From Ministeria vibrans ATCC 50519 (Eukaryota > Protista > Filasterea), in the NCBI GenBank assembly GCA_943704425.1, contig CALSCP010000578.1, forward strand, positions 1-38,787: DNA of 38,787 nt, in the 5' to 3' direction. Below, in pieces: positions 33,705 through 38,787 of the stretch. Numbering within the stretch: the stretch's first letter is position 1; the number at the start of each line of letters is the position of its first letter. The translations under genes and the position numbers were made by a program. The notes beneath the pieces are model-generated. The model had not been told where the DNA came from and made no database searches. It was given only the letters and a program-made list of their open reading frames with translations.

Positions 33705-34790
33705 TCACAACTTGGGTTTCGCCGACAAGGCAATGACGCCCTCGGGGTAAAACTCGCCCTGAGTAGTCATCCAAGCGCCTCCGTCCACTACAAAAAGTGC
33801 GCCCGTCACATACGACGCCGCACGAGAAGCCAGGAAGAGCGTCGCATCCGCAATGTCGCCCCGTGTCCCAAACCGGCGCAGTGGTATCTTGTTCAGCATT
33901 GTCTCTTCCATTGCTTCCGCTACTCGATGTTCCACGCCCAGTTATTATTGAGCTACTTTTGTGCTTTCTTACGCATCAGTTTGTCCATTCCCGCCGTTCC
34001 ACGAATGATTCCTGGCGCAATCGCATTCACTCGAATTCCATCCAATCCTGCAAGAAAAGAAAAATACAATTGCGTGCATGTCATATACATCCACACCCAT
34101 AGAAAGTGTGTGCTCTCCATTGCTTACCCCACTCGTTGGAGAGCGTTCGTGTGAGTGCATCAATGCCACTCTTGGCGGCACACGCGTGAGCCTGCAGCGG
34201 CATCCCGGTGTAGTGCAGTGTCATGCTGATGGTGAGCAGCAGCCCCTGTGTCTTCTTGAGGTACTCGTACGACGCCTTGCATGTGTTGAACGTGCCCACC
34301 AGATCAATCTCAACCACTTTTTTAAAAGCAGAGAACGACAGGTTGACGACCGGACATAGAAAGTTTCCGGCTGCTCCACACACGACGATGTCAATTTTGC
34401 CAAATCGAGCCGCACACGCCGCCATTGCCTCTGTTAGACCCTTGGCGTCCCGTACATCACACGGGACAGTCATGCACTGCTGTCCCGTCGCCGATTCAAG
34501 CTCTGCGCGACCGATACGAGACACGAGTTCACTGCGAAAACAACCCACCATCATCACTTTGAAATCACCTACCTGCCTTAGCCGTCGCGAGTTTCGCTGC
34601 GGTTCTTCCCACAATGCACGCATTGGCCCCGTACTGCATCATGGCCCGAGTCATCTCCATGCAGATGCCGCTGCCGCCGCCTGAGAGCAGAATCAACACT
34701 ACGCGACTCACAAATGTCTCTGTCTGTACCTGTGACAAACGCGACTTTTCCCTCAAGCAAATTCGGGACAAATACTCCTGGTGTCGCCAT
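33705..34790 (-). CDS. DECR2: Peroxisomal 2,4-dienoyl-CoA reductase (SDR), multi-exon
   Basis: GKVAFVTG|GGSGI, CGAAGNFLCP, EIDLVGTFN, QAHACAAKSGIDAL, IPLRRFG and VVDGGAW motifs. C-terminal PKL is a PTS1-like signal. Confidence 0.9.
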
Positions 34791-34937
34791 ATCCTATATA
34801 CTTGAAAAGAATATTGTAATAGTGTGATTTGTATGTAAGTCTCAATTCCCAAAACGAATATTCGAATAGTGATTTGCGAACTCCAAACTCCAAAGTCTTT
34901 AATAATCTTTATTCACTCCAAATTTTTGCTCTCGACG

Positions 34938-35666
34938 ATGGCTCGGGAAAGCAGAGATGAGAACTCAACAGATCGGGCCGGCTCCACGGTCGCTCAGAGC
35001 TGTGCTTCCACGAAATCAGCACCGGTCGCAAATACTCACCTGGGCGACTTGACGTCCACCACAAAAGCTGCTCAGCCCACAAGACTGACGGAGCCGGCGG
35101 CGCTGCCCGATGGGTTCAGTCCTCTTGAGCGCATTGTCATGACAGCCAGTGGGAATCTGCAGCGGATCATCAGGTTATGACTGCATCGCATCCACACGCA
35201 TGCGCGACTGACAGCATGTCCCTTCTCGCAGTGCCTACTACAACGCCCTTGTCACCGTCGACGTGCTGCTGTTCACACTCGAAGCGGAGTCTCCCGTCCC
35301 CCGCTATTCCCGCCAAGTCTCGCTGACATGCCTTGGAAAGGTGCGCGACACAATGAGCTGCGCACTCACGCGTCACCTTCATTGACTTGTTTGTAGGTAT
35401 TCTGCATTGCGACAAGCACAATCGTGATCCACGACACCCACTGTCACGAACTCTTTCGCACGGGCGCCTGTGGTCTTGGCCAGCTCTTCCGTCACCTCGA
35501 CCTCCTGCCCACCTTCACCCTCCACTCGGCCGCCCGTCTCACCGACTCCACCGCCCTCGACTCGCCGTGGACCCGCTCCTACCGTCTTGAGGCTCCGGGA
35601 CGCATCGAGTGCGACATCCGCGAAGACTTTTGCGATCATCTCTTCTCCCTCAACGACGCGCAATAG
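34938..35666 (+). CDS. Uncharacterised DUF98/chorismate-lyase-fold-like protein (3 exons)
   Basis: FSPLERIVMTASGNLQRII|SAYYN..RQVSL..FCIATS..GLGQLFR..RSYRL..ECDIREDF. Confidence 0.6.
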
Positions 35667-35683
35667 TGTAGTGTATATTCAGG

Positions 35684-37140
35684 TTAAAACTCATCGTCAA
35701 AATCAAGTTCGTCAATCTCCTCGGCAAAATCGTAGTCAGCCAGCGCACTACTGTTGGCCGAGAGAGTATGGTCACTGGTCACACCCACTGCGCTCGCATC
35801 GCTCTCCTTGTGCGACTCACTCTGCGCCTCATCTTCAACAAAGTCAGCCTCATACTCCACCTCTGCCTCGGCGGCAGCTGAGCCCTCCTCTGCCGTCTCA
35901 CCCTCTGCTGTCTCGTCTAGCCCTGCTGTCTCGTCCACCAGCCCCATTCGCTTCAGCAGACGTCCATGCAACCCCACAAAGGCCGTGTAGTCCACCCCTG
36001 CGCCAAAGTCAACCGTCTTGTGCTGTGCACTCTCATTGCATTCGTCCGTCACCATCCGCTCAAGCACAGTGTGCACCATCTGACTCCCGTGCAAGTCTGA
36101 GAACAGCATCCGCAGTTCAATCTTATCAATTAGCCTAATCAGAACATGTTCAGTGTTGCACGAGCGCGGAGGAAACCAAAAATTTACCCGTCCTTGTTTC
36201 GATCAAAGTGATTGAAGCGACTCCTCACATGGTCAGGAGACGGGAGAGACGCAGAGGCACGCGGAGACACAGATGACAAACCAGGCGTACCAAATTGCGT
36301 TGTAGTAGTATTAGTAGTACTAGTAGTAGCGGTGGGGGTCGTAGAAATCGGCGCCAAATCGTCCAAGACAAGACGCCGCTTGCTCGAGGGGCTCGCACCG
36401 GATGTGGGTGAGACACTGCTGCCGCTGCCGTCGTTGACTGTGCTTTGTGGTGTTGTTGCGCTGATGGCGTTCGCACCACTACTGATGCTGTTGTCATGCT
36501 TGCCTGTACTGTTGTTGTTGATGTTGGTGGGATTGCGAAGCAGAGACGAGAGGACGGGTGCCTCTGCCTTGAACGGCCCATGGTGTGGCAACGATCCCAT
36601 GAGGGTTTCTCTGTCGCCGCGCGGTGCAGAGTGGCGGTCGTCGCCAATCTCCGAGCTGAGCACGTTAATAGTGCTGTCCAGTTTAAAAAAGTGCAGAAAT
36701 TCAAAGATGGCGTCGAGAGCGAGGCGTCCGTCGCCGCTCTCGAGGAACGCGCTCAGCTGGCCGTTGAAATGGTCCGTGTCGACCCCCTTCTCTTCGTCCT
36801 CCAGCGTAATCAGAACCGCCGCTCGTATTTGCGCCTGCAGAGAACATGCCACAGGGTCAGAGGCGGGGGCAAATGCGACAGAAGGACGCGAAGTGCGTTG
36901 ATTTGTGAAAAAAAAAAAAAAAAAAAGTGTTTCAAAAAAACGTTTGAAGCGCCAGAGGCTAATGGAAGCTCATTTGACAAGCACACGGTCACCCAGGTAT
37001 AAAGGAAAGCCACAGCGGCGTACCCTGAGCCGCGGCAAAAGGCCATTGGCTGTGAGCTTGCGCAGCGCCAAGTCTTTGAGTTTGCGCTCCTCTTCGTTCA
37101 GCGAATGCTGCTGCGCCTCTTCTGCTTCACTCGCGCTCAT
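35684..37140 (-). CDS. CEP43: Centrosomal protein CEP43/FGFR1OP (FOP, LisH), 3 exons
   Basis: LKDLALRKLTANGLLPRLR|AQIRAAVLITLE, GRLALDAIFEFLHFFKLDSTINVL and an acidic tail SDHTLS..DYDFAEEI. Confidence 0.78.
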
Positions 37141-37332
37141 TGCATGTGCCAGACCAGTTGAGTCAAATCCTATCAAACAAAACTGACCGACGGCCAAGTG
37201 GTGGCAGAGTCGGACAGCCGAGTGCCGGCAGATGATCACGAATGCACGAACTTGTCGCTTTTTTGTATTAATTGAATAATAATTAATAATAGTAATAAAT
37301 TAGGCCATCACTCTTTCTTCTGTCTAACTTCC

Positions 37333-37892
37333 ATGGCGACACGGCAGGGCACGGTGGAGGAGGTGGAGCTGTTTGTGGCTGGGGCCGACAACCCTGTCCC
37401 CAGTGTGGCGCACCTCATCACTGCCGGTGCGCTGCGGGCGAGCAGCACAACGCCAGCGGAAGTGTTTGTACCCTGTCCTTCCGCCAAACATCCCTTTGCC
37501 GCATACCCCGAAGACGAGTCTGCCCTGGACGCGTCCGCTGATTCTCTGACTAGCATGGAGCGTGGCGCTCAGATTCGGCGCGGGATCGTGCGAGCGCGCT
37601 ACGACGAACGCGACGCGCCCTCGCCCGTCCAGCGCCTCTCGTCGTCCGCCAACATCTTTGGGTTTCTCCAAGACCCCAACGGCACGGACGACGACGCCGC
37701 CGAACCCCATGTTTACACCACACACCACCCTCCTTTGACCAAACCCGAGCAGCAGCACGCTCGTCGCACCGCTCGGCGGGCACTAAAATGGGCAGCAATG
37801 CTTCGCGGTTGGCCCACTGTTGACCACGCCAAAGTACATCACTCAAAATTATCTGAATGTCTCTCTAACTGTGTGCGTGCGTGCGTGCGTGC

Positions 37893-37974
<82 letters not shown>

Positions 37975-38535
37975 TCACCTCTTTCCCTCTCTTCCGTTCC
38001 GCAGCTTGAATCAAGGATATACAAAGGGATCCCGGCGTCAGTGCGCTCGCAAGCGTGGCCCAATCTGCTGCACATTGAGGATCGGATGCAGCCACACGTC
38101 TATGAGGAGTGCATCAAGAGGGCAGAAACTGCGGGCGTGGACCTGTGTCAGATTGACATTGACATCAAGCGGTGCTACCGGGAACACATTATGTTTGCCG
38201 AGAGATACGGACTCAAGTAAGATGTGTTTGTGGTGTCTTTTTGCATGACCTAACAAAATTAACAACGTAGACAAGTTGAGTTGTTTAATGTACTGAGTGG
38301 CTACGCAGTGTTCAATTCAGCCGTTGCCTACGTACAAGGGATGGCTGAAATTACGGCACTGTTGCTCATTCACATGAACGAGACAACGGCTTTCTGGTCA
38401 CTCGATGCTCTCTTCCGCAATCCCACCTATGATCTTGCCAATGCCTTTCTCCCTGGCTTTCCGCGTCTCTTTGACGCAGTGCGCGTCCACGACGCTCTCT
38501 TGGAGCAGTTTTATCCCGACATTAGTGCGCATATG
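37333..38535 (+). CDS. USP6NL: TBC-domain RabGAP, USP6NL/RN-tre-like (3' incomplete, runs off the window)
   Basis: RALKWAAML, RIYKGIP..VR..AW, QIDIDIKRCYREHIMFAERYG (IxxDxxR) and YVQGM. Confidence 0.75.
37872..37968. repeat. Intronic (GTGC)n/(GT)n microsatellite
   Basis: Direct observation. Confidence 0.95.
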
Positions 38536-38555
38536 GTAAGACACACTTGTCATTA

Positions 38556-38571
38556 TTAGGGTTAGGGTTAG
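38556..38571 (+). repeat. Interstitial TTAGGG repeat (2.7 units)
   Basis: ttagggttagggttag inside a TBC gene intron. Confidence 0.5.
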
Positions 38572-38602
38572 TATTACACTTGGCGTTGGGATTCAACCGC
38601 AT

Positions 38603-38620
38603 TCTCTCTCTCTATCACTT

Positions 38621-38717
<97 letters not shown>

Positions 38718-38787
38718 CTTTGTTTCTTTCTCCCTCCCTCCTCTCTCTCTCTCTCTATCACTTTGTTTCTTTCTCCCTCCCTCCTCT
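38603..38787. repeat. (CT)n microsatellite, intronic, at window end
   Basis: Direct observation. Confidence 0.95.

Noticed and set aside
36212-37002. Plus-strand ORFs of 229 and 185 aa
   Set aside because: Antisense shadows of CEP43.

Overview
Gene-dense nuclear DNA from a flagellated unicellular eukaryote. It uses the standard genetic code, has mostly short GT-AG introns with CTGAC/CTAAC branch points, many (CT)n/(GT)n/(AAT)n microsatellites, two small N-gaps and several 80-200 bp divergent intergenic spacers. By splicing manually I can support about 20 genes: a Ser/Thr kinase with a Roco/TRN1-type C-terminal domain, Rab23, a histidine-phosphatase-DUF218 fusion, CFAP299, a DUF4787 protein, INTS13/Asunder, a single-pass membrane protein, RFESD, TMEM214, CFAP53, a C2H2/polyQ factor, aromatic L-amino acid decarboxylase, prenylcysteine oxidase, a bacterial-type kinase-M23-aminotransferase III fusion, a GXYLT-type xylosyltransferase, a secreted fibrinogen-domain protein, DECR2, a DUF98/chorismate-lyase-like protein, CEP43/FOP and a USP6NL-like TBC RabGAP. 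There is also a frameshifted triple-repeat zinc-finger pseudogene. The most notable points are: (1) the intron-bearing APH-M23-AT-III fusion, which ends in a CaaX-like tail and sits head-to-head with prenylcysteine oxidase; (2) a (TTC)n-tailed retroelement family present as four 5'-truncated copies, one with a perfect 12-bp target-site duplication; (3) a zinc-finger family with a shared W-x2-V-x3-L-x-R-x-E-L helix, found next to that repeat; and (4) two unusual domain fusions. All family assignments come from motif recognition by eye; no database searches were run.
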